NCBI GenBank assembly: GCA_039621445.1
Contig: CP154954.1
Span: 34,197,737-34,261,736 of the forward strand
Source: Euglena gracilis
Lineage: Eukaryota
Direction of reading: 5' to 3'
Length of the DNA: 64,000 nt
Shown here: positions 1 to 11,521 of the stretch, piece after piece
How positions within the stretch are numbered: position 1 is the stretch's first letter
Layout: each line of letters starts with the position of its first letter
Translations under genes and position numbers: made by a program
Notes under the pieces: model-generated
Databases searched by the model: none
The model's input: only the letters and a program-made list of their open reading frames with translations
Told to the model about the DNA's origin: nothing

Positions 1-3000
1 GCGCTCCAAAAACGAGCGCTCTGCCCCGGCTAGAGGTCGGCGATCCTTTACCTAACTGTTGCGAAGGGCGGCGGGCGGATAGCCGCAATTTTGCCCGCGG
101 CGGGCGTGCGTAAAACGCAGCCGTTACCGCCCGGGAGGCGCAAAATAGCACGTAAGTAACGGACGCCCCCAGAAACGTCATTTTTCGGCCGTTTTCGGCC
201 GAAATCGGCTGCGCCGGCGCTCCAAAAACGAGAGCTCTGCCCCGGCTAGAGGTCGGCGCTCCTTTACCTAACTGTTGCGAAGGGCGGCGGGCGGATAGCC
301 GCAATTTTGCCCGCGGGGGCGTGCGTAAAACGCAGCCGTTACCGCCCGGGAGGCGCAAAATAGCACGTAAGTAACGGACGCCCCCAGAAACGTCATTTTT
401 CGGCCGTTTTCGGCCGAAATCGGCTGCGCCGGCGCTCCAAAAACGAGCGCTCTGCCCCGGCTAGAGGTCGGCGATCCTTTACCTAACTGTTGCGAAGGGC
501 GGCGGGCGGATAGCCGCAATTTTGCCCGCGGCGGGCGTGCGTAAAACGCAGCCGTTACCGCCCGGGAGGCGCAAAATAGCACGTAAGTAACGGACGCCCC
601 CAGAAACGTCATTTTTCGGCCGTTTTCGGCCGAAATCGGCTGCGCCGGCGCTCCAAAAACGAGCGCTCTGCCCCGGCTAGAGGTCGGCGATCCTTTACCT
701 AACTGTTGCGAAGGGCGGCGGGCGGATAGCCGCAATTTTGCCCGCGGGGGCGTGCGTAAAACGCAGCCGTTACCGCCCGGGAGGCGCAAAATAGCACGTA
801 AGTAACGGACGCCCCCAGAAACGTCATTTTTCGGCCGTTTTCGGCCGAAATCGGCTGCGCCGGCGCTCCAAAAAGGAGGGCGCTCTGCCCCGGCTAGAGG
901 TCGGCGATCCTTTACCTAACTGTTGCGAAGGGCGGCGGGCGGATAGCCGCAATTTTGCCCGCGGCGGGCGTGCGTAAAACGCAGCCGTTACCGCCCGGGA
1001 GGCGCAAAATAGCACGTAAGTAACGGACGCCCCCAGGAACGTCATTTTTCGGCCGTTTTCGGCCGAAATCGGCTGCGCCGGCGCTCCAAAAACGAGCGCT
1101 CTGCCCCGGCTAGAGGTCGGCGATCCTTTACCTAACTGTTGCGAAGGGCGGCGGGCGGATAGCCGCAATTTTGCCCGCGGCGGGCGTGCGTAAAACGCAG
1201 CCGTTACCGCCCGGGAGGCGCAAAATAGCACGTAAGTAACGGACGCCCCCAGAAACGTCATTTTTCGGCCGTTTTCGGCCGAAATCGGCTGCGCCGGCGC
1301 TCCAAAAACGAGCGCTCTGCCCCGGCTAGAGGTCGGCGTCCCTTTACCTAACTGTTGCGAAGGGCGGCGGGCGGATAGCCGCAATTTTGCCCGCGGCGGG
1401 CGTGCGTAAAACGCAGCCGTTACCGCCCGGGAGGCGCAAAATAGCACGTAAGTAACGGACGCCCCAGAAAAAACATTTTTCGGCCGTTTTCGGCCGAAAT
1501 CGGCTGCGCCGGCGCTCCAAAAACGAGCGCTCTGCCCCGGCTAGAGGTCGGCGATCCTTTACCTAACTGTTGCGAAGGGCGGCGGGCGGATAGCCGCAAT
1601 TTTGCCCGCGGCGGGCGTGCGTAAAACGCAGCCGTTACCGCCCGGGAGGCGCAAAATAGCACGTAAGTAACGGACGCCCCAGATACGTCATTTTTCGGCC
1701 GTTTTCGGCCGAAATCGGCTGCGCCGGCGCTCCAAAAACGAGCGCTCTGCCCCGGCTAGAGGTCGGCGATCCTTTACCTAACTGTTGCGAAGGGCGGCGG
1801 GCGGATAGCCGCAATTTTGCCCGCGGCGGGCGTGTGTAAAACGCAGCCGTTACCGCCCGGGAGGCGCAAAATAGCACGTAAGTAACGGACGCCCCCAGAA
1901 ACGTCATTTTTCGGCCGTTTTCGGCCGAAATCGGCTGCGCCGGCGCTCCAAAAACGAGCGCTCTGCCCCGGCTAGAGGTCGGCGATCCTTTACCTAACTG
2001 TTGCGAAGGGCGGCGGGCGGATAGCCGCAATTTTGCCCGCGGCGGGCGTGCGTAAAACGCAGCCGTTACCGCCCGGGAGGCGCAAAATAGCACGTAAGTA
2101 ACGGACGCCCCCAGAAGAAGCGTCATTTTTCGGCCGTTTTCGGCCGAAATCGGCTGCGCCGGCGCTCCAAAAACGAGCGCTCTGCCCCGGCTAGAGGTCG
2201 GCGATCCTTTACCTAACTGTTGCGAAGGGCGGCGGGCGGATAGCCGCAATTTTGCCCGCGGCGGGCGTGTGTAAAACGCAGCCGTTACCGCCCGGGAGGC
2301 GCAAAATAGCACGTAAGTAACGGACGCCCCCAGAAACGTCATTTTTCGGCCGTTTTCGGCCGAAATCGGCTGCGCCGGCGCTCCAAAAACGAGCGCTCTG
2401 CCCCGGCTAGAGGTCGGCGATCCTTTACCTAACTGTTGCGAAGGGCGGCGGGCGGATAGCCGCAATTTTGCCCGCGGCGGGCGTGCGTAAAACGCAGCCG
2501 TTACCGCCCGGGAGGCGCAAAATAGCACGTAAGTAACGGACGCCCCCAGAAACGTCATTTTTCGGCCGTTTTCGGCCGAAATCGGCTGCGCCGGCGCTCC
2601 AAAAACGAGCGCTCTGCCCCGGCTAGAGGTCGGCGATCCTTTACCTAACTGTTGCGAAGGGCGGCGGGCGGATAGCCGCAATTTTGCCCGCGGCGGGCGT
2701 GCGTAAAACGCAGCCGTTACCGCCCGGGAGGCGCAAAATAGCACGTAAGTAACGGACGCCCCCAGAAACGTCATTTTTCGGCCGTTTTCGGCCGAAATCG
2801 GCTGCGCCGGCGCTCCAAAAACGAGCGCTCTGCCCCGGCTAGAGGTCGGCGATCCTTTACCTAACTGTTGCGAAGGGCGGCGGGCGGATAGCCGCAATTT
2901 TGCCCGCGGCGGGCGTGCGTAAAACGCAGCCGTTACCGCCCGGGAGGCGCAAAATAGCACGTAAGTAACGGACGCCCCCAGAAACGTCATTTTTCGGCCG

Positions 3001-6000
3001 TTTTCGGCCGAAATCGGCTGCGCCGGCGCTCCAAAAACGAGCGCTCTGCCCCGGCTAGAGGTCGGCGATCCTTTACCTAACTGTTGCGAAGGGCGGCGGG
3101 CGGATAGCCGCAATTTTGCCCGCGGCGGGCGTGCGTAAAACGCAGCCGTTACCGCCCGGGAGGCGCAAAATAGCACGTAAGTAACGGACGCCCCCAGAAA
3201 CGTCATTTTTCGGCCGTTTTCGGCCGAAATCGGCTGCGCCGGCGCTCCAAAAACGAGCGCTCTGCCCCGGCTAGAGGTCGGCGATCCTTTACCTAACTGT
3301 TGCGAAGGGCGGCGGGCGGATAGCCGCAATTTTGCCCGCGGCGGGCGTGCGTAAAACGCAGCCGTTACCGCCCGGGAGGCGCAAAATAGCACGTAAGTAA
3401 CGGACGCCCCGGAAAACGTCATTTTTCGGCCGTTTTCGGCCGAAATCGGCTGCGCCGGCGCTCCAAAAACGAGCGCTCTGCCCCGGCTAGAGGTCGGCGA
3501 TCCTTTACCTAACTGTTGCGAAGGGCGGCGGGCGGATAGCCGCAATTTTGCCCGCGGCGGGCGTGCGTAAAACGCAGCCGTTACCGCCCGGGAGGCGCAA
3601 AATAGCACGTAAGTAACGGACGCCCCCAGAAACGTCATTTTTCGGCCGTTTTCGGCCGAAATCGGCTGCGCCGGCGCTCCAAAAACGAGCGCTCTGCCCC
3701 GGCTAGAGGTCGGCGATCCTTTACCTAACTGTTGCGAAGGGCGGCGGGCGGATAGCCGCAATTTTGCCCGCGGGGGGGGCGTGCGTAAAACGCAGCCGTT
3801 ACCGCCCGGGAGGCGCAAAATAGCACGTAAGTAACGGACGCCCCCAGAAACGTCATTTTTCGGCCGTTTTCGGCCGAAATCGGCTGCGCCGGCGCTCCAA
3901 AAACGAGCGCTCTGCCCCGGCTAGAGGTCGGCGATCCTTTACCTAACTGTTGCGAAGGGCGGCGGGCGGATAGCCGCAATTTTGCCCGCGGCGGGCGTGC
4001 GTAAAACGCAGCCGTTACCGCCCGGGAGGCGCAAAATAGCACGTAAGTAACGGACGCCCCCAGAAACGTCATTTTTCGGCCGTTTTCGGCCGAAATCGGC
4101 TGCGCCGGCGCTCCAAAAACGAGCGCTCTGCCCCGGCTAGAGGTCGGCGATCCTTTACCTAACTGTTGCGAAGGGCGGCGGGCGGATAGCCGCAATTTTG
4201 CCCGCGGGGGGCGTGCGTAAAACGCAGCCGTTACCGCCCGGGAGGCGCAAAATAGCACGTAAGTAACGGACGCCCCCAGAAACGTCATTTTTCGGCCGTT
4301 TTCGGCCGAAATCGGCTGCGCCGGCGCTCCAAAAACGAGCGCTCTGCCCCGGCTAGAGGTCGGCGATCCTTTACCTAACTGTTGCGAAGGGCGGCGGGCG
4401 GATAGCCGCAATTTTGCCCGCGGCGGGCGTGCGTAAAACGCAGCCGTTACCGCCCGGGAGGCGCAAAATAGCACGTAAGTAACGGACGCCCCCAGAAACG
4501 TCATTTTTCGGCCGTTTTCGGCCGAAATCGGCTGCGCCGGCGCTCCAAAAACGAGCGCTCTGCCCCGGCTAGAGGTCGGCGATCCTTTACCTAACTGTTG
4601 CGAAGGGCGGCGGGCGGATAGCCGCAATTTTGCCCGCGGGGTGCGTGCGTAAAACGCAGCCGTTACCGCCCGGGAGGCGCAAAATAGCACGTAAGTAACG
4701 GACGCCCCCAGAAACGTCATTTTTCGGCCGTTTTCGGCCGAAATCGGCTGCGCCGGCGCTCCAAAAACGAGCGCTCTGCCCCGGCTAGAGGTCGGCGATC
4801 CTTTACCTAACTGTTGCGAAGGGCGGCGGGCGGATAGCCGCAATTTTGCCCGCGGCGGGCGTGCGTAAAACGCAGCCGTTACCGCCCGGGAGGCGCAAAA
4901 TAGCACGTAAGTAACGGACGCCCCCAGAAACGTCATTTTTCGGCCGTTTTCGGCCGAAATCGGCTGCGCCGGCGCTCCAAAAACGAGCGCTCTGCCCCGG
5001 CTAGAGGTCGGCGATCCTTTACCTAACTGTTGCGAAGGGCGGCGGGCGGATAGCCGCAATTTTGCCCGCGGCGGGCGTGCGTAAAACGCAGCCGTTACCG
5101 CCCGGGAGGCGCAAAATAGCACGTAAGTAACGGACGCCCCAGAAACGTCATTTTTCGGCCGTTTTCGGCCGAAATCGGCTGCGCCGGCGCTCCAAAAACG
5201 AGCGCTCTGCCCCGGCTAGAGGTCGGCGATCCTTTACCTAACTGTTGCGAAGGGCGGCGGGCGGATAGCCGCAATTTTGCCCGCGGCGGGCGTGCGTAAA
5301 ACGCAGCCGTTACCGCCCGGGAGGCGCAAAATAGCACGTAAGTAACGGACGCCCCCAGAAACGTCATTTTTCGGCCGTTTTCGGCCGAAATCGGCTGCGC
5401 CGGCGCTCCAAAAACGAGCGCTCTGCCCCGGCTAGAGGTCGGCGATCCTTTACCTAACTGTTGCGAAGGGCGGCGGGCGGATAGCCGCAATTTTGCCCGC
5501 GGCGGGCGTGCGTAAAACGCAGCCGTTACCGCCCGGGAGGCGCAAAATAGCACGTAAGTAACGGACGCCCCAGAAACGTCATTTTTCGGCCGTTTTCGGC
5601 CGAAATCGGCTGCGCCGGCGCTCCAAAAACGAGCGCTCTGCCCCGGCTAGAGGTCGGCGATCCTTTACCTAACTGTTGCGAAGGGCGGCGGGCGGATAGC
5701 CGCAATTTTGCCCGCGGCGGGCGTGCGTAAAACGCAGCCGTTACCGCCCGGGAGGCGCAAAATAGCACGTAAGTAACGGACGCCCCCGAAAAACGTCATT
5801 TTTCGGCCGTTTTCGGCCGAAATCGGCTGCGCCGGCGCTCCAAAAACGAGCGCTCTGCCCCGGCTAGAGGTCGGCGATCCTTTACCTAACTGTTGCGAAG
5901 GGCGGCGGGCGGATAGCCGCAATTTTGCCCGCGGCGGGCGTGCGTAAAACGCAGCCGTTACCGCCCGGGAGGCGCAAAATAGCACGTAAGTAACGGACGC

Positions 6001-8985
6001 CCCAGAAACGTCATTTTTCGGCCGTTTTCGGCCGAAATCGGCTGCGCCGGCGCTCCAAAAACGAGCGCTCTGCCCCGGCTAGAGGTCGGCGATCCTTTAC
6101 CTAACTGTTGCGAAGGGCGGCGGGCGGATAGCCGCAATTTTGCCCGCGGCGGGCGTGCGTAAAACGCAGCCGTTACCGCCCGGGAGGCGCAAAATAGCAC
6201 GTAAGTAACGGACGCCCCAGAAACGTCATTTTTCGGCCGTTTTCGGCCGAAATCGGCTGCGCCGGCGCTCCAAAAACGAGCGCTCTGCCCCGGCTAGAGG
6301 TCGGCGATCCTTTACCTAACTGTTGCGAAGGGCGGCGGGCGGATAGCCGCAATTTTGCCCGCGGCGGGCGTGCGTAAAACACAGCCGTTACCGCCGGGAG
6401 GCGCAAAATAGCACGTAAGTAACGGACGTCCCCAGAAACGTCATTTTTCGGCCGTTTTCAGCCGAAATCGGCTGCGCCGCCGCTCAAAAAACGAGCGGTC
6501 TGCCCGGGCTAGAGGTCGGCGATCCTGTACCTAACTGTTGCGAAGGGCGGCGGGCGGATAGCCGCAATTTTGCTCGCGGCGGGCGTGCGTAAAACGCAGC
6601 CGTTACCGCCGGCAGGCGCAAAATAGCACGTAAGTAACGGACGCCCCCAGAAACGTCATTTTTCGGCGATTTTCGGCCGAAATTGGCTGCGCCGGCGCTC
6701 CAAAAACGAGCGGTCTGCCCCGGCTAGAGGTCGGCGATCCTGTACCTAACTGTTGCGAAGAGCTGCGAGTGGAAAGCCGCAATTTTGCTCGCGGCGGGCG
6801 TGCGTAAAACGCAGCCGTTACCGCCCGGGAGGCGCAAAATAGCACGTAAGTAACGGACGCCCCCAGAAACGTCATTTTTCGGCCGTTTTCGGCCGAAATC
6901 GGCTGCGCCGGCGCTCCAAAAACGAGCGGTCTGCCCCGGCTAGAGGTCGGCGCTCCTTTACCTAACTGTTGCGAAGGGCGGCAGGCGAATAGCCGCAATT
7001 TTACCCGCAGCGGGCGTGCGTAAAACACAGCCGTTACCGCCGGGAGGCGCAAAATAGCACGTAAGTAACGGACGCCCCCAGAAACGTCATTTTTCGGCCG
7101 TTTTCGGCCGAAATAGGTTGCGCCGGCGCTCCAAAAACGAGCGCTCTGCCCCGGCTGGAGGTCGGTGATCCTTTACCAAACTGTTGTGAAGGGCGGCGGG
7201 CGGATAGCCGCAATTTTGCCCGCGGCGGGCGTGCGTAAAACGCAGCCGTTACCGCCCGGGAGGCGCAAAATAACACGTAAGTAACCGACGCCCCCGAAAA
7301 ACGTCATTTTTCGGCCGTTTTTGGCTGAAATCAGCTGCGCCGGCGCTCCAAAAATGAGCGCTGTGCCGCGGCTAGAGGTCGGCGATCCTTTACCTAACAG
7401 TTGCGAAGGGCTGCAGGCGGATAGCCGCAATTTTGCCCGCAGCGGGCGTGCGTAAAACACAGCCGTTACCGCCGGGAGGCGCAAAATAGCACGTAAGTAA
7501 CGGACGCCCCCAGAAACGTCATTTCGTGGCCGTTTTCGGCCGAAATCGGCTGCGCCAGCGCTCCAAAGACGAGCGCTCTGCCCCGGCTAGAGGTCGGCGA
7601 TCCTTTACCTAACTGTTGCGAAGGGCGGTGGGCGGATAGCCGCAATGTTCCTCGCGGCGGGCGTGCGTAAAACGCAGCCGTTACCGCCCGGGAGGCGCAA
7701 AATAGCACGTAAGTAACGGACGTCCCCAGAAACGTCATTTTTCGGCCGTTTTCGGCCGAAATCGGCTGCGCCGGCGCTCCAAAAACGAGCGCTCTGCCCC
7801 GGCTAGATCTCGGCGATCCTGTACCTAACTGTTGCGAAGGGCGGCGGGCGGATAGCCACAATTTTGCCCGCAGCGGGCGTGCGTAAAACACAGCCGTTAC
7901 CGCCGGGAGGCGCAAAATAGCACGTAAGTAACGGACGCCCCCAGAAACGTCATTTTTCGGCCGTTTTCGGCCGAAATCGGCTGCGCCGGCGCTCCAAAAA
8001 CGAGCGCTCTGCCCCGGCTAGAGGTCGGCGATCCTTTACCTAACTGTTGCGAAGGGCGGTGGGCGGATAGCTGCATTTTGCCCGCGGCGGGCGTGCGTAA
8101 AACGCAGCAGTTACCGCCGGGAGGCGCAAAATAGCACGTAAGTAACGGACGCCCCCGAAAAACGTCATTTTTCCGCCGTTTTCGTCCGAAATCGGCTGCG
8201 CCGGCGCTCCAAAAACGAGCGCTGTGCCCCGGCTAGGGGTCGGCGATCCTTTCCCTAACTGTTGCGAAGGGCGGCGGGCGGATAGCCGCAATTTTGCCCG
8301 CGGCCGGCGTGCGTAAAACGCAGCCGTTACCACCCGGGAGGTGCAAAATAGCACGTAAGTCTCCGACGCCCCCCAGAAACGTCATTTTCCGGCCGTTTTC
8401 GGCCGAAATCGGCTGCGCCGGCGCTCCAAAAACGAGCGCTCTGCCCCGGCTAAAAGTCGGCGATCCTTTACCTAACTGTTGCGACGAGCGCAGGGCGGAT
8501 AGCCGCAATTTTGCCCGAGGCGGGCGTGCGTAAAACGCAGCCGTTACCGCCCGGGAGGTGCAAACTAGCACGTAAGTAACGGACACCCCCAGACACCTCA
8601 TTTTTCGGCCGTTTTCGGCCGAAATCGGCTGTGCCGGCGCTCCAAAAACGAGCGCTCTGCCCCGGCTAGAGGTCGGCGATCCTGTACCTAACTGTTGCGA
8701 AGGGCGGCGGGCGGATAGCCGCAATTTTGCCCGCGGCCGGCGTGAGTAAAATGCAGCCGTTACCGCCCGGGAGGTGCAAACTAGCACGTAAGTAACGGAC
8801 GCCCCCAGAAACGTCATTTTTCGGCCGTTTTCGGCCGAAATCGGCTGCGCCGGCGCTCCAAAAACGAGCGCTCTGCCCCGGCCAGAGGTCGGCGCTCCTT
8901 TACTTAACTGTTGCGAAGGGCGGCGGGCGGATAGCCGCAATTTTGCCCGCGGCGGGCGTGAGTAAAACGCAGCCGTTACCGCCCG

Positions 8986-9214
8986 CCTGCCGGGTCATCA
9001 AATACAGAGGTAGGTGACAGGTCAGGGACTACGAGGTAGGTGACAATTTCCTGGGAGGGGGTCCGGTCCAGAGGGAAAAAATGAAGCTTTCGACCCCCTG
9101 GCCCAGAAACCCCCCAAAAATGCATGAATAATTTTTTTCATTTTTGGGTCAAACATTTGAAAATAAAAAAATCCACTCAATTCTCCAGGTGACGGGTACA
9201 GAGATAGGAGAGAG
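8986..9214. repeat. Insert X copy 1: 229-bp non-satellite sequence inserted in a satellite A monomer
   Basis: Monomer sequence TTACCGCCCG^GGAGGCGC is split cleanly (boundary ambiguous by one G). Internal direct repeat GAGGTAGGTGACA at 9007-9019 and 9033-9045; AT-rich tract at ~9115-9180. No TSD or terminal inverted repeats seen. Confidence 0.92.
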
Positions 9215-10292
9215 GGAGGCGCAAAATAGCACGCAAGTAACGGACGCCCCCAGACACGACATTTTTCGGCCGTTTTCGGCCGAAATCGGCTGCGCCGGCG
9301 CTCCAAAAACGAGCGCTCTGCCCCGGCTAGAGGTCGGCGATCCTTTACCTAACTGTTGCGAAGGGCGGCGGGCGGATAGCCGCAATTTTGCCCGCGGCGG
9401 GCGTGCGTAAAACGCAGCCGTTACCGCCCGGGAGGTGCAAAATAGCACGTAAGTAACCGACGCCCCCCAGAAACGTCATTTTTCGGCCGTTTTCGGCCGA
9501 AATCGGCTGCGCCGGCGCTCCAAAAACGAGCGGTCTGCCCCGGCTAAAGGTCGGCGATCCTTTACCTAACTGTTGTGAAGGGCGGATGGCGGATAGCCGC
9601 AATTTTGCCCGCGGCGGGCGTGCGTAAAACGCAGCCGTTACCGCCCGGGAGGCGCAAACTAGCACGTAAGTAACGGACGCCCCCAGAAACGTCATTTATT
9701 GGCCGTTTTCGGCCGAAATCGGCTGCGCCGGCACTCCAAAAACGAGCGCTCTGCCCCGGCTAGAGGTCGGCGATTCTTTACCTAACTGTTGCGAAGGGCG
9801 GCGGGCGGATAGCCGCAATTTTGCCCGCGGCGGGCGTGCGTAAAACGCAGCCGTTACCGCCCGGGAGGCGCAAAATAGCACGTAAGTAACCGACGCCCCC
9901 CAGAAACGTCATTTTTCGGCCGTTTTCGGCCGAAATCGGCTGCGCCGGCGCTCCAAAAACGAGCGGTCTGCCCCGGCTAAAGGTCGGCGATCCTTTACCT
10001 AACTGTTGTGAAGGGCGGATGGCGGATAGCCGCAATTTTGCCCGCGGCGGGCGTGCGTAAAACGCAGCCGTTACCGCCCGGGAGGCGCAAACTAGCACGT
10101 AAGTAACGGACGCCCCCAGAAACGTCATTTATTGGCCGTTTTCGGCCGAAATCGGCTGCGCCGGCACTCCAAAAACGAGCGCTCTGCCCCGGCTAGCGGT
10201 CGGCGCTCCTTTACCTAACTGTTGCGAAGGGCGGCGGGCGGATAGCCGCAATTTTGCCCGCGGCGGGCGTGCGTAAAACGCAGCCGTTACCG

Positions 10293-10529
10293 TGTGGGTC
10301 CGCGCAGATTCCTAATTACACCTGATGCCTTACTTTGCAGGTGGCAAGGGTCATGTACTGTTTGCGTTGAGTATGATTACTGCTTTTATTTTACATTGCC
10401 AGTGATCTGGGAAGGTTGGAAAGGCAGAAAAGATCAAGTTTTTGACAAGTTCAGATATCAATGAAAAAGTCCAGATTGGAGATTGCAATGCCAAGGAAAA
10501 GGCCATCTGGGCCAGGGCCCCCGCCCTCA
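10293..10529 (+). repeat. 5' LTR of element copy 1 (237 bp)
   Basis: TGTGGG...CCCTCA termini form a 5/6 inverted repeat; ~94% identical to 11286-11521. Confidence 0.9.
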
Positions 10530-10540
10530 CAAACAGTACA
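10530..10540 (+). promoter_or_regulatory. Putative self-priming primer-binding site (CAAACAGTACA)
   Basis: Abuts the 5' LTR end; exact reverse complement of TGTACTGTTTG at 10354-10364 inside the LTR; no TGG-initiated tRNA-type PBS at this position. Confidence 0.7.
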
Positions 10541-11273
10541 ACTCCCGTACAAACAGACAAGCCAAGATTATTACCACCAAGGGCGCCAATGGCCTGAGAA
10601 GAGCAAATGGAATCCGGCCAGCAAATCTCAGAAGTCAAGTCTGAAAGGAGAGAAAATGTCAAAGGATGTGTCTGACATGGCCACGCATGTGACATCGCAA
10701 TCTCCAAGATTGGAACCATCATCTGGGATTACCACTGTGGACAGGGAAGTTCAGACATATGGAGTCAAGCCCAAGCCCAGAACACTCCGGAGACGGAGGA
10801 GGCGGCAGCAGATTGCAGCCGCCAGCCGCCAGCAGGAGTAATATTTGACAGATTCGTGGGAAGATTTTACATTGCAGGCGGCTGCTGCTGTGGCTGTGGA
10901 TGGCCGCGCAATTTCAATTACTGGTGGTCGAATGTGGTCATCGCCGCGTACAGCTGTGGCAATGCCGCTGGCTGCTGCCTCTCTGGTTGTGGGTTATCCG
11001 AGCCTTTACGCAGAAACCCTCCGCCGTGTGTGATTTGGCGTCGAGGTGGTGGTAATTGGACTTGGGGATTAATGTGGCAAGCTGGTCGAAAAAGGGGGGA
11101 AGGACCAGTTTGGGACAGTTTTTCCAAAGGCTCTGGGGGGATGCTCTGGACGGTTGGGATTCCTTTTCTGTCATTGAGGCATCAATGTTGGCAAGGGCAC
11201 CCCAACGACACCCAGGGGCTCCCAGCGCTCACTGGCCTACGGTGTTGTGTGACCTTGGCGCTGACAACGTCTT

Positions 11274-11285
11274 GAAGCAGGGGGG
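11274..11285 (+). promoter_or_regulatory. Polypurine tract (plus-strand primer) of element copy 1
   Basis: GAAGCAGGGGGG immediately precedes the TG of the 3' LTR. Confidence 0.75.
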
Positions 11286-11521
11286 TGTAGGTTCGCGCAG
11301 ATTCCTAAATACACCTGCTGCCTTACTTTGCAGGTGGCAAGGGTCATGTACTGTTTGCGTGGAGTATGAGTACTGCGTTTATTTTACATTGCCAGTGATC
11401 TGGGAAGGTTGCAAGGCAGAAAAGATCAATTTTTTGACAAGTTCAGATATCACTGAAAAAGTCCAGATTCGAGATTGCAGTGCCAAGGAAAAGGCCATCT
11501 GGGCCAGGGTCCCCGCCCTCA
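11286..11521 (+). repeat. 3' LTR of element copy 1 (236 bp)
   Basis: TGTAGG...CCCTCA, followed by TSD ACCG and resumption of the satellite monomer. Confidence 0.9.

Larger units (their letters stand above)
10293..11521 (+). mobile_element. Non-autonomous LTR retrotransposon (TRIM-like, probably Ty3/Gypsy-derived), copy 1, 1229 bp
   Basis: Starts TG, ends CA. Direct terminal repeats at 10293-10529 and 11286-11521. 4-bp TSD ACCG at 10289-10292 and 11522-11525. Purine tract directly before the right LTR. The 756-bp interior has no intact gag/pol. Confidence 0.9.

Noticed and set aside
193-210. CENP-B box-like TTCG....A..CGG motifs in A, and TTCGGTTACTCGG in B
   Set aside because: Spacing is off by one and the CGGG core is not matched, so these are not canonical boxes.
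9007-9047. GAGGTAGGTGACAA resembles a short 18S rRNA motif
   Set aside because: Short, gapped match with no flanking rRNA similarity.
11036-11055. TGGCGTCGAGG as a tRNA-type PBS
   Set aside because: It lies ~500 bp from the 5' LTR; a PBS must abut the LTR.
10293-11521. Minus-strand orientation of the element (AATAAA on the minus strand of the LTR)
   Set aside because: The minus strand offers neither a purine tract before its 3' LTR nor a PBS; both cues fit the plus strand.
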